From contig JBMYRC010000003.1 of the NCBI GenBank assembly GCA_049601975.1, positions 11,665 through 75,664 of the forward strand: DNA of 64,000 nucleotides, read 5' to 3'. Below, piece by piece: positions 29,070 to 40,015 of the stretch. The notes under the pieces were generated by a model. It saw nothing but the letters and a program-made list of their open reading frames with translations. It made no database searches and was not told the origin of the DNA. How positions within the stretch are numbered: the stretch's first letter is position 1; each line of letters starts with the position of its first letter. A program made the translations under genes and the position numbers. This stretch comes from Alphaproteobacteria bacterium (GTDB taxonomy: Bacteria; Pseudomonadota; Alphaproteobacteria; UBA8366).

Positions 29070-30234
29070 AATTTATCTAGTATAGAGGTTATTTTATCTA
29101 TCGGGATGGCATGTCGTGTATTCCCATTTATACCGATCACGGTTTCTGCTCTTAAGATTGAATTTATTATTGCTTCATTTACACTTTCAATAACACCTCT
29201 GAATATATTAATAATATTATTATCATTTAATTAGTTTATATTGTATTTATCACCCTGTGATTCATTTTTATTGTATTCCGAATTTGAAAATGCAATAAAA
29301 AATCTCTACTACTGTGCGTAGCGACGCCGCCTGCAAGGCCTAATCCCAACCCAGCTCTTTTTGCTAATCTATTAAGTTGTCTGCTTGATAATAGGGCATC
29401 TGTCGCAATTACGATCATTATCGATCCCGGCGGCTCTTTAGGTGCACTTTGAAAGGTTCCTTTTAACGGGTCTCCGCCAATCCAGTTAGCGGGGTTTTTC
29501 TCATCCTCGTAACCAGGTGGGACGATATGCCGACCTATTGGAATGCCATCCAATCTGAGGTCGCGCGCGTCTCCCGTATTCGTTAAAGTTAGGCAACCAA
29601 CCATAAACTCTCCTTGGTCTGTTGTGCCTTTATCATATTGAGTTTGAATTATTCTTGAGACTGTACCAATGCCTCCCTTCCATCCGAACCTTGTCATTCC
29701 GACACCTGCGCCAACAACACCTTCAGAAAATTCATTTTCGCTGGCTTGATCGATGGCATCTAAAACATGAGATTTCTTGATATGCCTCCCGACGATATCG
29801 TTGAAGAACCCGTCGTTACATTCGCCCACCACCGGATTAAACGACCTGATTCCGGGTTTTTGTTCTGATAAGTAATCAATTAAATAATCAGCATATTTCC
29901 AAAAAATTAAAGTAATTTTTAAAATTATATTAGATTTTATTCGGCCTAATTATTTAATTTCGGAATACCGAATTTATTAGCATAACCATTTATTACATGA
30001 TCTTCCGCCGTTACATTATTTTTATTTATGTTTTTTACTATGCGGAAGAATAGCCGTAACACCGGTCCTAATAGGACCTTTTCCGATCTGAAGATCCCCA
30101 TCACCCTCAAACAGGGTCGTATGGCCAACCTTTATACCAGGGAAATCGGTAATCGAATTTAATTTATCTTTCGGTAAAACACCCATTTCCAACCCTAAAT
30201 CTTTGCTTCTAGGTCTTTTATTGTCGGATCTCAT
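29070..30234 (-). pseudogene. DmpA/P1 (S58) peptidase, disrupted
   Basis: NSITD.PGIKVGH, RTGVTAILPH, PVVGECNDG, EGVVGAG.GM..FGWKGGIGT, GSIMIVIATDA, EAIINS; frameshifts and stops fall in AT-rich patches. 3' end approximate. Confidence 0.85.
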
Positions 30235-30506
30235 ATTGGAGAACTTCCCTGCTTTCGATTGTCATTTGCCGTCGCCATTGCACTGGAATCATCTGGATAT
30301 CTTGTTTTTTTCCTCCACTCAAGGAGAACGGTCAATCTCTCTTTAGAGATTGCCGTTAACAACAATACTTCCCGCCAAATTCATGTAGGCAAATCATTTA
30401 GGAGAGATTTAAAGGCGAACCTAGGCCCTTAATTTAATAATTTTGTTGAATATATTTTTCCCTGAACTCAACTCCACTCAATAGTGGCACAAACAAAAGG
30501 CAAAAA

Positions 30507-31178
30507 ATGTCGGAAATGTCCTTTGAAACAGCTGTTAGATCCCGTCGTTCAGTACGCGGCTTTCAGAACAGGGAAGTCCCTCAAGATGTACTCAACAAGG
30601 TGTTTGATATTGCACGTTGGGCACCATCAGGGACCAACATGCAATCTTGGCAAACTTATGTCGCGTCAGGTGCCACAAGAGATACCTTACGCGAACAAAT
30701 GATGGCGGCAGTGAAAAACGGCTCGCCACCCGACCAAGATTATAAAGAGCCCCGGGCTTCCCTTGGGCAAGTCTGGAAAGACCGCCGTCGAGAATGCGCT
30801 GCAGTGCTTTACCGCGCGATGGATATTGCCTGGGAAGATAAACAAGCTCGCAGCGCAGCGGCCTTCCGGAACTTTGAGCTCTTTGATGCGCCCCACGTCG
30901 CTTTTCTATGCACGAATGAAGCCTTTGGGTTCCGCGCCTGGGACGTGGGTATGTACGCGCAAACGTTGATGCTTGCCATGACCGCCAACGGTCTGGCCTC
31001 TTGCGCTCAAGGCACCATGGCACACTACCCGGATCTCGTTCGCAAAGCTTTTGATCTAGGGCCGGAAGTGAAAGTGCTATTTGGTCTCAGCTTCGGCTAC
31101 GAAGACACTTCCATGAAGGTAAATGCCGCACACACTGAGCGTGCCGCGCTGGAAGAAACGGTTACATTTAGACGCTAA
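30507..31178 (+). CDS. Nitroreductase family protein
   Basis: RRSVRGF, APSGTNMQSW, FDAPH, GLSFGY. Confidence 0.9.
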   Translation: MSEMSFETAVRSRRSVRGFQNREVPQDVLNKVFDIARWAPSGTNMQSWQTYVASGATRDTLREQMMAAVKNGSPPDQDYKEPRASLGQVWKDRRRECAAVLYRAMDIAWEDKQARSAAAFRNFELFDAPHVAFLCTNEAFGFRAWDVGMYAQTLMLAMTANGLASCAQGTMAHYPDLVRKAFDLGPEVKVLFGLSFGYEDTSMKVNAAHTERAALEETVTFRR

Positions 31179-31309
31179 AGCTCGCCTTTCGGTTCCTCGT
31201 GTGCCTGTTTGAAGGAGTGCCGGGACAATCGGCGCGGCTCGAAATCTAAAATCGAGTACCCTTCTCTCCTCGCTTTGCGCCATTATAGAGCATCCGGCGT
31301 TTAATTTCG

Positions 31310-31797
31310 GTATCTTCACGGCAAAGGGCGAGATCGGTCTGCTTTGTGTCGGCCAAGCCTTTGAAGTGGATCAATCGCCGAACGAAGTCCTTTTCGAGGA
31401 TGTATTTGTCTGTCTCGCCTGTGCCGAGTGTGGACCCGACGAACCATTCGACGGAGACGCATATCTATCCGGACGTTACGTTGTCGTGCGATATTTCGAG
31501 AACCGGATGACATTCGAAGACGAATCATTTTTCTGGCAAGAAGGCCTCAAGCGAACACACCAAATCGCCGTTTGGTCCTATGGCTTGATCCCTCAATTGA
31601 TCTGCAGCACCCCGCTCATCGCCACAGTCAGACGCCGTATCGCTGAACAAATCGCGACACAATGGCCGGTCAAGATTCTACCATTTCCTTACGAGCAAAC
31701 GCCGGTTCGCGCATTTGGATACTGGCACTCCAGCCGAGACAAAGACCCAGTCTTAGAGCGCTTCCTGGAAATCGTTCGCGAGGTCGTTTCCGAATAA
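31310..31797 (+). pseudogene. LysR-type regulator substrate-binding fragment, HTH missing
   Basis: EVLFED.FVC, LIATV.RRIAE, YWHSSRDKDP; no N-terminal DNA-binding domain. Confidence 0.65.
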
Positions 31798-31875
31798 ACG
31801 GAGGCGGACCGGTTCGGCGCTATTAAACGGGACACATATTTTAATGATTTCATTGGAAATTGCTTTCTTCTGAAA

Positions 31876-33426
31876 TCATTCCCACTCGATAGTGCCTGGG
31901 GGCTTGCTCGTAATATCGTAGGTCACCCGGTTGATGCCGCGAACTTCATTGATGATGCGGTTCGCGGTGCGCCCCAAGAAATCATGGTCAAAGGGGAAAT
32001 AGTCGGCCGTCATACCGTCGCTCGACGTCACTGCGCGCAAGGCGCAAGCGAAATCGTATGTGCGCGCGTCGCCCATCACACCGACGGTACGTACCGGCAA
32101 TAGCACGGCGAAGGCCTGCCAGATCGTGTCGTAGAGGCCGGCGTTGCGGATCTCCTCTATGTAGATCGCATCCGCTTGGCGCAGAATGTCGAGCTTCTCT
32201 CGGGTAATGCCACCGGGTAGCCGGATCGCGAGGCCAGGGCCCGGGAACGGATGGCGTCCGACGATATCTTCCGGAATGCCGAGCTCACGCCCAAGGTCAC
32301 GGACCTCGTCCTTGAAGAGTTCGCGGAGCGGCTCGACCAGGCTCATGTTCATGCGCTCCGGCAGACCGCCCACATTATGGTGCGACTTGATGGTGACGCT
32401 CGGCCCACCGGTGAAGGAGACTGATTCGATGACGTCGGGGTAAAGTGTGCCTTGGGCCAGAAAATTAGCGCCGCCGATCTTTGCAGCCTCTTCCTCGAAC
32501 ACCTCGATGAACAGACGGCCGATGATCTTTCGCTTTTCTTCCGGGTCGTCCTTCCCTTCCAGCTCGCCGATGAACATGTCGCTGGCGTTTCGGTGCACCA
32601 GTTTGATGTTGAACCGGTCGCGGAAGGTCTCGACCACCTGCTCGGCCTCGCCCATGCGCAACAAGCCATGGTCGACGAAAATACAGGTGAGCTGGTCACC
32701 GATGGCTTCGTGGATCAACACCGCGGCGACTGAGGAATCGACGCCGCCCGACAAGCCGCAGATGACATTACCGTCGCCAACCTGGGCCCTGATCTTGGCG
32801 ATCTCTTCCTCGCGGAAATTCGCCATCGTCCAGTCACCGGTGCAGCCTGCGATTTTATGCACGAAGTTGCTGAGCAGTTTACCGCCGTCCGGCGTGTGCA
32901 CCACTTCCGGATGAAATTGCACGCCGTAGAACGGCTTGCTCTCATGCGCGATCACCGCGAAGGGGGAACTGTCAGAGGATGCGACTGCCCGAAATCCCTC
33001 AGGAATCTTGACGATTTTGTCGCCGTGGCTCATCCAGACCTGATACTTCTCGCCGGGCTTCCATATGCCCTCGTAGAGCGGACACTCTTCCGCCACGTCG
33101 ACGAAGGCGCGCCCGAACTCGCGCTCGGTCGTTTCCACGACGTCACCGCCTAATTGCGCGCACATGGTCATCTCGCCGTAGCAAATGCCGAGCACCGGCA
33201 ATCCCATATCGAAGAGGGTTTCGGGTGCGCACGGTGTATCCGTGGCATGGACCGAGGCCGGGCCACCGGACAGAATCACCGCCTTCGGGTCGAATGCACG
33301 AATACTGTCTTCCGTGACTTTATTGAAAGGATGAATTTCGCAATAGACGCCGCTTTCCCGCACGCGGCGCGCGATGAGCTGTGTCACCTGGCTGCCGAAA
33401 TCAACGATGAGGATGCAGTCTGTCAT
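31876..33426 (-). CDS. guaA: GMP synthase (glutamine-hydrolysing)
   Basis: [51 protein letters not shown]. Confidence 0.98.
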   Translation of the reverse strand: MTDCILIVDFGSQVTQLIARRVRESGVYCEIHPFNKVTEDSIRAFDPKAVILSGGPASVHATDTPCAPETLFDMGLPVLGICYGEMTMCAQLGGDVVETTEREFGRAFVDVAEECPLYEGIWKPGEKYQVWMSHGDKIVKIPEGFRAVASSDSSPFAVIAHESKPFYGVQFHPEVVHTPDGGKLLSNFVHKIAGCTGDWTMANFREEEIAKIRAQVGDGNVICGLSGGVDSSVAAVLIHEAIGDQLTCIFVDHGLLRMGEAEQVVETFRDRFNIKLVHRNASDMFIGELEGKDDPEEKRKIIGRLFIEVFEEEAAKIGGANFLAQGTLYPDVIESVSFTGGPSVTIKSHHNVGGLPERMNMSLVEPLRELFKDEVRDLGRELGIPEDIVGRHPFPGPGLAIRLPGGITREKLDILRQADAIYIEEIRNAGLYDTIWQAFAVLLPVRTVGVMGDARTYDFACALRAVTSSDGMTADYFPFDHDFLGRTANRIINEVRGINRVTYDITSKPPGTIEWE

Positions 33427-33497
33427 GGGTGCGGACAAGATACCTAGAGATCGGTCCGCGTCAATGCAGTTATTTAGGAACAGTCCCCTAAATAGTC

Positions 33498-34448
33498 TTA
33501 TGCCGCCGCTTCACCGTAATAGAGCTGCACCGTGTGTTTGGCTTGAGCAAAGAACAGCCAGCGTTCGAGCGCGATCCCGATCATGCCGGACACCAATGCA
33601 ATCACCGCCAGCAAAATACCGAGGCCACCGTCCGCCTGCAGCATCACCGCGGTCGCGACGAGGGGCAGGAAAAGGCCCAGCATTTGCGCAATCCGGCGCA
33701 GGCGCTGGGCGTGTTTGCGGGCAATCTTGAAGCCCATCTCGCGCATTAGGTAATTTTCGGAGGAATGCGGCGGGTCCAAAAGGCGAACCTTACCGAGCGC
33801 GCCGAGCCCCGTCGCTGTTTCTACCGTGTGCCGCTCCCGCACTGTGTCGATACCGCGCCAGTAGCTGCCCTTAAGCGCCCAGGCGGCGATCAGGGAAAGG
33901 ATTACTATAATATCGCACCATTGCTCCACCCCGCCGAAGCCTCTGATCAAGACGTTGAGGAATAAGGCGCCAGACGCAAGCGCGAACATGAGATAGACCG
34001 GCGTCGTCAGGGCATTGTTCCATTGACGGATTGTCTGCAGACTGGCGTAAATTTGGCCGGTGCAGAACACGGTCGCGATCGCGCCAACCCACGCCAGCGC
34101 CGCGATCAATCCGGGCCAACTGCCGCGCGTCTCCTCAAGGAAGACCCAAGAGCCCGCGTAGAGGACCGCCGGAATATAGGTGAACAGTGCGGCGACACCT
34201 TCGCGCGACAGCCAGGACGAACGCCATTGGCTCATCGCCCGCCAGGCGCGTTCCGGATGGGCGAGATGGAAGGTCGAGCTCAGCAGTCCAATCGTAATCA
34301 GGACCAGCGCCAATCCCATGGAAATAACGCCGAACCACATATCAAGCGGCAACATGCCGTGCGGCACCGCCAACGCAATCAGAAAAAGCAGGCCATAGCC
34401 CGCACCTGCCGACGTGGTGAAGAGGATAACTGATGAAGCTGGATGCAT
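33498..34448 (-). CDS. soeC: Sulfite dehydrogenase membrane anchor (DmsC-like)
   Basis: [42 protein letters not shown]. Confidence 0.85.
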   Translation of the reverse strand: MHPASSVILFTTSAGAGYGLLFLIALAVPHGMLPLDMWFGVISMGLALVLITIGLLSSTFHLAHPERAWRAMSQWRSSWLSREGVAALFTYIPAVLYAGSWVFLEETRGSWPGLIAALAWVGAIATVFCTGQIYASLQTIRQWNNALTTPVYLMFALASGALFLNVLIRGFGGVEQWCDIIVILSLIAAWALKGSYWRGIDTVRERHTVETATGLGALGKVRLLDPPHSSENYLMREMGFKIARKHAQRLRRIAQMLGLFLPLVATAVMLQADGGLGILLAVIALVSGMIGIALERWLFFAQAKHTVQLYYGEAAA

Positions 34449-34463
34449 TGTATTGTCCTCCCC

Positions 34464-35204
34464 CTAGCGCGACAGCATCTGGTCGACCCAGCCGAGGAAA
34501 CCACCATCGGGCTTGATATCTTCCAGGCGTTCCGGCGCCCCGATATCCGACGCTCGTTTCTTCGCAGGCCTCGGCGGCAAGTATTTGTTGGTTGGCTGGT
34601 AGCCCATCTCCGGCATCAGGTCCATGCCGCCTCGTGACGCCACGAGCTTCGAGACGTCTGATTTGGGATCTCCGAAATCGCCGAAGTGGCGGGCATTAGC
34701 GGGACACGTCGAGACACAAGCCGGGACCCGCTCTGCCTGCGGGATATTGTCGTTATAAATACGATCAACACAGAGGGTGCATTTCTTCATCACTCCTTCC
34801 GACGCATCCAATTCCCGCGCCCCGTAAGGACACGCCCAGGCGCACAGGCCGCAGCCGATGCATATATCCTCATCGACGAGCACGATGCCGTCTTCGTCGC
34901 GCTTATAGGAAGCCCCCGTCGGACAGACGGTGACGCATTGGGCGTTCTCGCAATGGAGGCAGGATTTCGGGAAATAGACGGTCCGCCCATCGTCGCCGTC
35001 GCCGGTCTCGAAGCCATGAACCCGATTGAGCCAGGCTCCACTCGGGTTTGCACCATAGGCGTTCTGATCGGACAGCGGAGCCGGATGGCCACTGGTATTC
35101 CATTCCTTACAATTCACCGCGCAGGCATGACAGCCAACGCATGTGTCGAGGTCAATAACGAGGCCGAGGCGCTTTTCGCTGCGTTGTTGGGGAAGTGATG
35201 TCAT
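34464..35204 (-). CDS. soeB: Sulfite dehydrogenase 4Fe-4S subunit
   Basis: CVGCHAC..C, CLHC..C..CP, CIGCGLC..CP, CTLC; ATG overlaps the soeA TAA. Confidence 0.88.
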   Translation of the reverse strand: MTSLPQQRSEKRLGLVIDLDTCVGCHACAVNCKEWNTSGHPAPLSDQNAYGANPSGAWLNRVHGFETGDGDDGRTVYFPKSCLHCENAQCVTVCPTGASYKRDEDGIVLVDEDICIGCGLCAWACPYGARELDASEGVMKKCTLCVDRIYNDNIPQAERVPACVSTCPANARHFGDFGDPKSDVSKLVASRGGMDLMPEMGYQPTNKYLPPRPAKKRASDIGAPERLEDIKPDGGFLGWVDQMLSR

Positions 35205-38068
35205 TAGTCGTCTCCTCCCGCGTTGACGGCATAAGATGCGCCGTACCTCACCGTATCCGGTCTCGGCACGACGCCGGGGACGACCGGCAAGGCCGGGAAT
35301 TGCGGCTCGCTGACGCCTGCCTCGGCCGGTGCTTTCTCCAGGCTGACCCGCAAATCGTACCATGCAGCCTGCCCCGTTACCGGATCGGCACAAGCATAGC
35401 GATAGCCGTTCTCGCGCGCCGGCAGCAGGTCATCGATCAGATGGTTCATCAAGAAACCATTGTTTGATTCCTCGGCATCTTCCGCCAAGTTCCACGCACC
35501 CTTGCGCTTACCGATGGCGTTCCAGGTCCAGACTGTTCGGCTATTGACCCCGTCCATTACACGGGCAATCGCCTTGATCTTGCCGTGACGACTTTTCAGG
35601 TAGACCCAATCACCGGTCTCGATTCCTTTCGAGGCCGCTAATTCGCGCGGAATATAGAGCGGGTTCCAGCCGTGGATTTGCCGCAACCAGGCGTTCATCG
35701 AGCCCCAAGAGTGATACATCGCGGCGGGGCGCTGGGTGATCGCGTGCAGCGGGAATTCCGCTATGTCGATCACCTCGTCCTCGAACGGTGCGTACCAAAT
35801 TGGCAACGGATCGAAATAGGCTTCGACCCGAGAGCGGTGTTGCTCTGGCGGTTGAATATCGCCATGACCGCGTGCCGCCAATCGGAATTTTTGCATCGGC
35901 TCACTATAGAGCTGCAGAATGACCGGATCAGCAGTCGGGTTGAAACCAAGTTTCGCGGAGAGTTCCAAATAATCCTTATTCGCGTGCTTGAAGAAGAGCT
36001 GATTGGGCTCCAACTCGTGACGCCAGAAGCACCCGTTCGCGATATATTTCTCGAGCTGATTCGCATTCGGAACACCCTTCCCCGATTGCAAACCGTCCTC
36101 GCCGCGCCACCCCATCAGCGTGCCGACGCCTGGTGTGCGCTCGTGGTTGACGATGTAGTCGGCATAACCGCCCGGGAATTTGGCGCTGCCGTCCTCGTTG
36201 GTCATACCCGGCAAGCCAAGGCCAACACCGATCTCAAGCAGTACTTCCTGGAACTGGCGAACGTCGCGGTCCAATTCGACCACCGGTTGGCGGATAGAAT
36301 CCGCCGCCCCTTCAGCCCCCGATATCGGCCGGTCGAGCATTGAGATCGCATCCCAACGCTCGAGATAGGTCGTGTCCGGCAGGATTAAATCCGCATAGGG
36401 TACCGTCTCCGAGAAATAGGCATCGGAATAGATGATCTTTGGAATCTTGTATTCGCCGTCCTCGCCCTTGGCAGTAAGCATATCGATGGTATCGCTCGTG
36501 TTCATTGAGGAGTTCCACCCCATGTTCGCCATGAACATGAACAACACATCTATCGGATACGGATCACCGTTATAAGCGTTCGTGATGACCGTGTGCATCA
36601 TGCCGTGACACGCGAGCGGCGCATCCCATGAGAACGCCTTGTCGATCCGTAACGGATTTCCATCCGCATCGACCACCAAATCCTCAGGTCCGCGCGGGAA
36701 GCCCAGCGGCGGTCCACCCATGGGTTTGCCGGCTTCGACAGTGCCCGGCTTGCCGCCAGGTGTCGGGCCGAAAGGTGCCGACCGCGGGAATGGCGGCTTG
36801 TAGCGGAAGCCGCCCGGTACATCGATACTACCGATCAGCATCTGCACCAGATGCAACGCGCGGCAGGTATGGAAGCCGTTGGAATGAGCGGAGATGCCGC
36901 GCATAGCGTGGAACGCCACCGGGCGCCCCACCATCTGCATGTGCTGGCGTCCAGCCCAATCGGTCCACGGTTGGTTGATGATGACTTCTTCCTCAAACGC
37001 TACATGAGCGATCTCAGCGGCAAGTCGGCGGATCGTTTCAGCTGGTATACCGGTACGCCCAGCGACGTTAGCCGGGGAATATTCTTCGCGCAGATAGCGC
37101 TCGGCTAGGATATGGAAGACTGGTTTCGCAACCCGACCGTCCAGCAAGGTGAACTCGCCCTTCATCGCCGGTGAGACATCCGGGCGCAGAGCGCTGGCGG
37201 CACTTTGCGTTTCCTGATCCCAGCACAACGGATTGCCGTCGTCGTCGCGCGCGAACATGCCGTCATCGGCGGCGCCTGGATTTTGCACGACCAACCAAGG
37301 AGAGTTCGTGTACCGCACAAGGTAGGGTAAATCGACTTTACCGGCCTTCAGCAATTCATGCACGATGGCCAGTGCGAACAACCCGTCGGAGCCGGGCGCG
37401 ATGCCAACCCATTCGTCCGCGATGGCGGAGTAGCCCGTGCGTACCGGATTGACCGAGACGAACTTCGCGCCGTTGGCTTTTACCTTGCCGAGGCCGGTCT
37501 TAATCGGATTGCTGTCGTGATCCTCGGCCACGCCGAACATCATCAGGTATTTGGTGCGTTCCCAATCAGGCTCGCCGAATTCCCAGAACGAGCCACCGAT
37601 GGAATATATACCACCGGTCGCCATATTGACTGAACAAAAGCCGCCATGCGCCGCATAGTTCGGCGTGCCGAATTGCGTCGCCCACCAACCGGTCAGCGCC
37701 TGGCTTTGATCCCGCCCAGTGAAAAACGCGAGCTTGCTCGGGTCTTCCTCACGGATCGGCTTCAGCCAATCAATGGCAGTCTGGATTGCTTCCGACCACT
37801 CGATCTCCTTGAATTCGCCGGAGCCCCGCTCGCCGACCCGCAACAGCGGCTTGGAGAGCCGTGCAGGCGAGTATTGCTGCATGATGCCCGCAGAACCTTT
37901 CGCGCAAAGCACGCCCTTGTTCACCGGGTGGTCGGGATTTCCCTGAATGTAGCGGACTTTGCCGTCCTTCAGATGCACCTTAATGCCGCAGCGGCAGGCG
38001 CACATGTAACAGGTCGTGGTTTTAACTTCGTCCGCCACTTTCGGCGAGGTGTCGACGCGGGCATTCAT
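35204..38068 (-). CDS. soeA: Sulfite dehydrogenase molybdopterin catalytic subunit
   Basis: TTCYMCACRCGI, LCAKG, TGRDQSQ, AAHGGFCSVNM, HAMRGISAHSNGF; no Tat signal. Confidence 0.9.
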   Translation of the reverse strand: MNARVDTSPKVADEVKTTTCYMCACRCGIKVHLKDGKVRYIQGNPDHPVNKGVLCAKGSAGIMQQYSPARLSKPLLRVGERGSGEFKEIEWSEAIQTAIDWLKPIREEDPSKLAFFTGRDQSQALTGWWATQFGTPNYAAHGGFCSVNMATGGIYSIGGSFWEFGEPDWERTKYLMMFGVAEDHDSNPIKTGLGKVKANGAKFVSVNPVRTGYSAIADEWVGIAPGSDGLFALAIVHELLKAGKVDLPYLVRYTNSPWLVVQNPGAADDGMFARDDDGNPLCWDQETQSAASALRPDVSPAMKGEFTLLDGRVAKPVFHILAERYLREEYSPANVAGRTGIPAETIRRLAAEIAHVAFEEEVIINQPWTDWAGRQHMQMVGRPVAFHAMRGISAHSNGFHTCRALHLVQMLIGSIDVPGGFRYKPPFPRSAPFGPTPGGKPGTVEAGKPMGGPPLGFPRGPEDLVVDADGNPLRIDKAFSWDAPLACHGMMHTVITNAYNGDPYPIDVLFMFMANMGWNSSMNTSDTIDMLTAKGEDGEYKIPKIIYSDAYFSETVPYADLILPDTTYLERWDAISMLDRPISGAEGAADSIRQPVVELDRDVRQFQEVLLEIGVGLGLPGMTNEDGSAKFPGGYADYIVNHERTPGVGTLMGWRGEDGLQSGKGVPNANQLEKYIANGCFWRHELEPNQLFFKHANKDYLELSAKLGFNPTADPVILQLYSEPMQKFRLAARGHGDIQPPEQHRSRVEAYFDPLPIWYAPFEDEVIDIAEFPLHAITQRPAAMYHSWGSMNAWLRQIHGWNPLYIPRELAASKGIETGDWVYLKSRHGKIKAIARVMDGVNSRTVWTWNAIGKRKGAWNLAEDAEESNNGFLMNHLIDDLLPARENGYRYACADPVTGQAAWYDLRVSLEKAPAEAGVSEPQFPALPVVPGVVPRPDTVRYGASYAVNAGGDD

Positions 38069-38190
38069 ATTGTTCTGTCCTCTCCCGTTCGGGACCAAGT
38101 TTCTTAGTCTGGGAAGAAACTAGACGGATGGACCCGAGAGACCAAGAGCGCCACAAGGATTTCTTGTCGAATTCAGTCGATATCGAGATG

Positions 38191-39792
38191 CTATTGCAGC
38201 TCGCGGCCCTTACGCCGTAAGAGCTGTCCCGGTAAAGCTTCCGTATGCGTATCGCCGTCAATCACCAATCGTCCATTGACGATCACCACCGCGATGCCAC
38301 TCGGATAGGTATGGGGCTCGTCGAAGGTCGCCTCGTCGATGATCTTCTCCGCATCGAACACGACGACATCCGCCGCATATCCCTCGCGCAGGACACCTCG
38401 GTCCACCATGCCGAGCGCCGTCGCCGCCATACCTGTCATCTTGTGAATGGCCTGCGGCAAGGTGAGCAGACCGAGATCGCGGGCATAATGTCCGATCAAG
38501 CGCGGAAAGGTCCCATAGAGACGCGGGTGCGGCTTCCCCTGCCCGGTAACGCCATAGGGCGAGACGCAAGGACCATCCGACCCCACGGTTGCGGTCGGCT
38601 CGGACGCGATGCGTTGCACATCGTCCTCCGACATACAGCGCACGAGGATACGGGTCGCGCCCTTGTCCGCGATGATGATGTCGAAGACCGCATCCAGCTC
38701 ATCGCAATTTCGCGCCTCGGCGATCTCGGCAATGGTCTCGCCCGGCTCCGCCGCGCCATGCGGCGAGATAGCGATGCGAATATCCTCCCAAGATTCGAGC
38801 TTCCCGAAATTATTAAATCCGATCTCGGCAATCTTCTGACGCACGCGGGAGCGCGAATAGGGATCAGCAAGCCGCGCCAGTAACCGATCCATCCCGCCCT
38901 CCTGCAGCCAGGTCGGCAACAAGAAGCGCAACGGGTTGGTGCCCCAGGCATAGGGATATTGGTCGCAATGCACGTCGACGCCCCGCGCCCGCGCCGCCTC
39001 GATCCGGTCCAGCAACAATTGCGCCTCGCCCCAATTATCCGTGCCAGAAAGCTTCATATGCGCCAATTGCACATGGATGCCACATGTCTCGCCAACTTTA
39101 ATAGCCTCAGCGACGGCCTCGTGGACGCCGTGGGATTCGTCCCGGACATGGGAGGAATACCGCGCTTCGTGTTTCTTCAATACTGATCCCAGCGCATGCA
39201 GCTCCTCCGGCGCGCTATAACAACCGGGTGCGGTGAACAGCCCCGAGGAAAGACCAAGCGCCCCGGCGTCCAAACCTTCTTCCAGCATTATCTGCATATG
39301 GCTCAGTTCGGCGTCGCTCGGGGCCCGGTCTTCCATACCCATCGCCATCAAGCGCAGCGTGTTGTGGCCCACCTGCATGACCGTGTTCACCGCAATTTCC
39401 GGCCAGGCATCCATATAGTCGGAAAAGTTCGTCTCCTCAAACGGCAGCCACGGCGCACTGCCGGAGAGATACGAGCGCAATTCCTCGACCTTTTCCGGCA
39501 GCGCGGGTGCGACGGAGAACCCGCAATTCCCCACCACTTCGGTCGTCACCCCTTGGCGGATTTTGCCCTCGGCCTTGGGGTTGAGCGGCAATGTGAAGTC
39601 GGAATGGGTATGGATATCGATGAAGCCGGGCGCCACGATCTTACCCTCGGCGTCGATCACGCACTCTGCACTGTCGGTCCGGCCTTCCTCAATGGCGGCG
39701 ATGCGCCCATCGCGAATGGCAATATCAGTGCGCTGCGCGGGCGCGCCAGTCCCGTCCACCACCATACCGCCCTTAATGAGAATATCGTCCAT
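38191..39792 (-). CDS. D-aminoacylase family amidohydrolase
   Basis: PGFIDIHTHSD, QGVTTEVVGNCG, DQYPY, GSDG, HPRLYGTFPR. Confidence 0.92.
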   Translation of the reverse strand: MDDILIKGGMVVDGTGAPAQRTDIAIRDGRIAAIEEGRTDSAECVIDAEGKIVAPGFIDIHTHSDFTLPLNPKAEGKIRQGVTTEVVGNCGFSVAPALPEKVEELRSYLSGSAPWLPFEETNFSDYMDAWPEIAVNTVMQVGHNTLRLMAMGMEDRAPSDAELSHMQIMLEEGLDAGALGLSSGLFTAPGCYSAPEELHALGSVLKKHEARYSSHVRDESHGVHEAVAEAIKVGETCGIHVQLAHMKLSGTDNWGEAQLLLDRIEAARARGVDVHCDQYPYAWGTNPLRFLLPTWLQEGGMDRLLARLADPYSRSRVRQKIAEIGFNNFGKLESWEDIRIAISPHGAAEPGETIAEIAEARNCDELDAVFDIIIADKGATRILVRCMSEDDVQRIASEPTATVGSDGPCVSPYGVTGQGKPHPRLYGTFPRLIGHYARDLGLLTLPQAIHKMTGMAATALGMVDRGVLREGYAADVVVFDAEKIIDEATFDEPHTYPSGIAVVIVNGRLVIDGDTHTEALPGQLLRRKGRELQ

Positions 39793-39806
39793 GTTTCATC
39801 CTCCCA

Positions 39807-39903
39807 TGTCATTCCCGCGAAGGTGGGAATTCAGTCGGGTACAATCCAGCCATCTGGATTCCCACCGAAGCCTGTCCTCGCGGAAGCGGGGGCGGGAATG
39901 ACG
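39807..39903. repeat. REP-like palindromic element with an internal insert
   Basis: TGTCATTCCCGCGAAGGTGGGAATTCAG...CTGGATTCCCAC[CGAAGCCTGTCCTCGCGGAAGCGGGG]GCGGGAATGACG. Confidence 0.72.
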
Positions 39904-40015
39904 ACGGGTGTGACCCACTCAAATTCAACTAGCCCGATCCCATCCGTGGGCGATCAGGACTGGCGCTTTCTGTTTCCCGGAATATTTTGCCACGCGTGTT
40001 AAGCAAGGAGACGTC

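Noticed and set aside
28925-29080. AT-rich block as a replication origin
   Set aside because: No DnaA-box cluster, iterons or rep/dnaA gene, and similar blocks recur across the window.
35204-38068. Molybdoenzyme as a second selenoprotein or a DMSO reductase
   Set aside because: The ORF is uninterrupted, lacks a Tat leader and has SoeA-type motifs.
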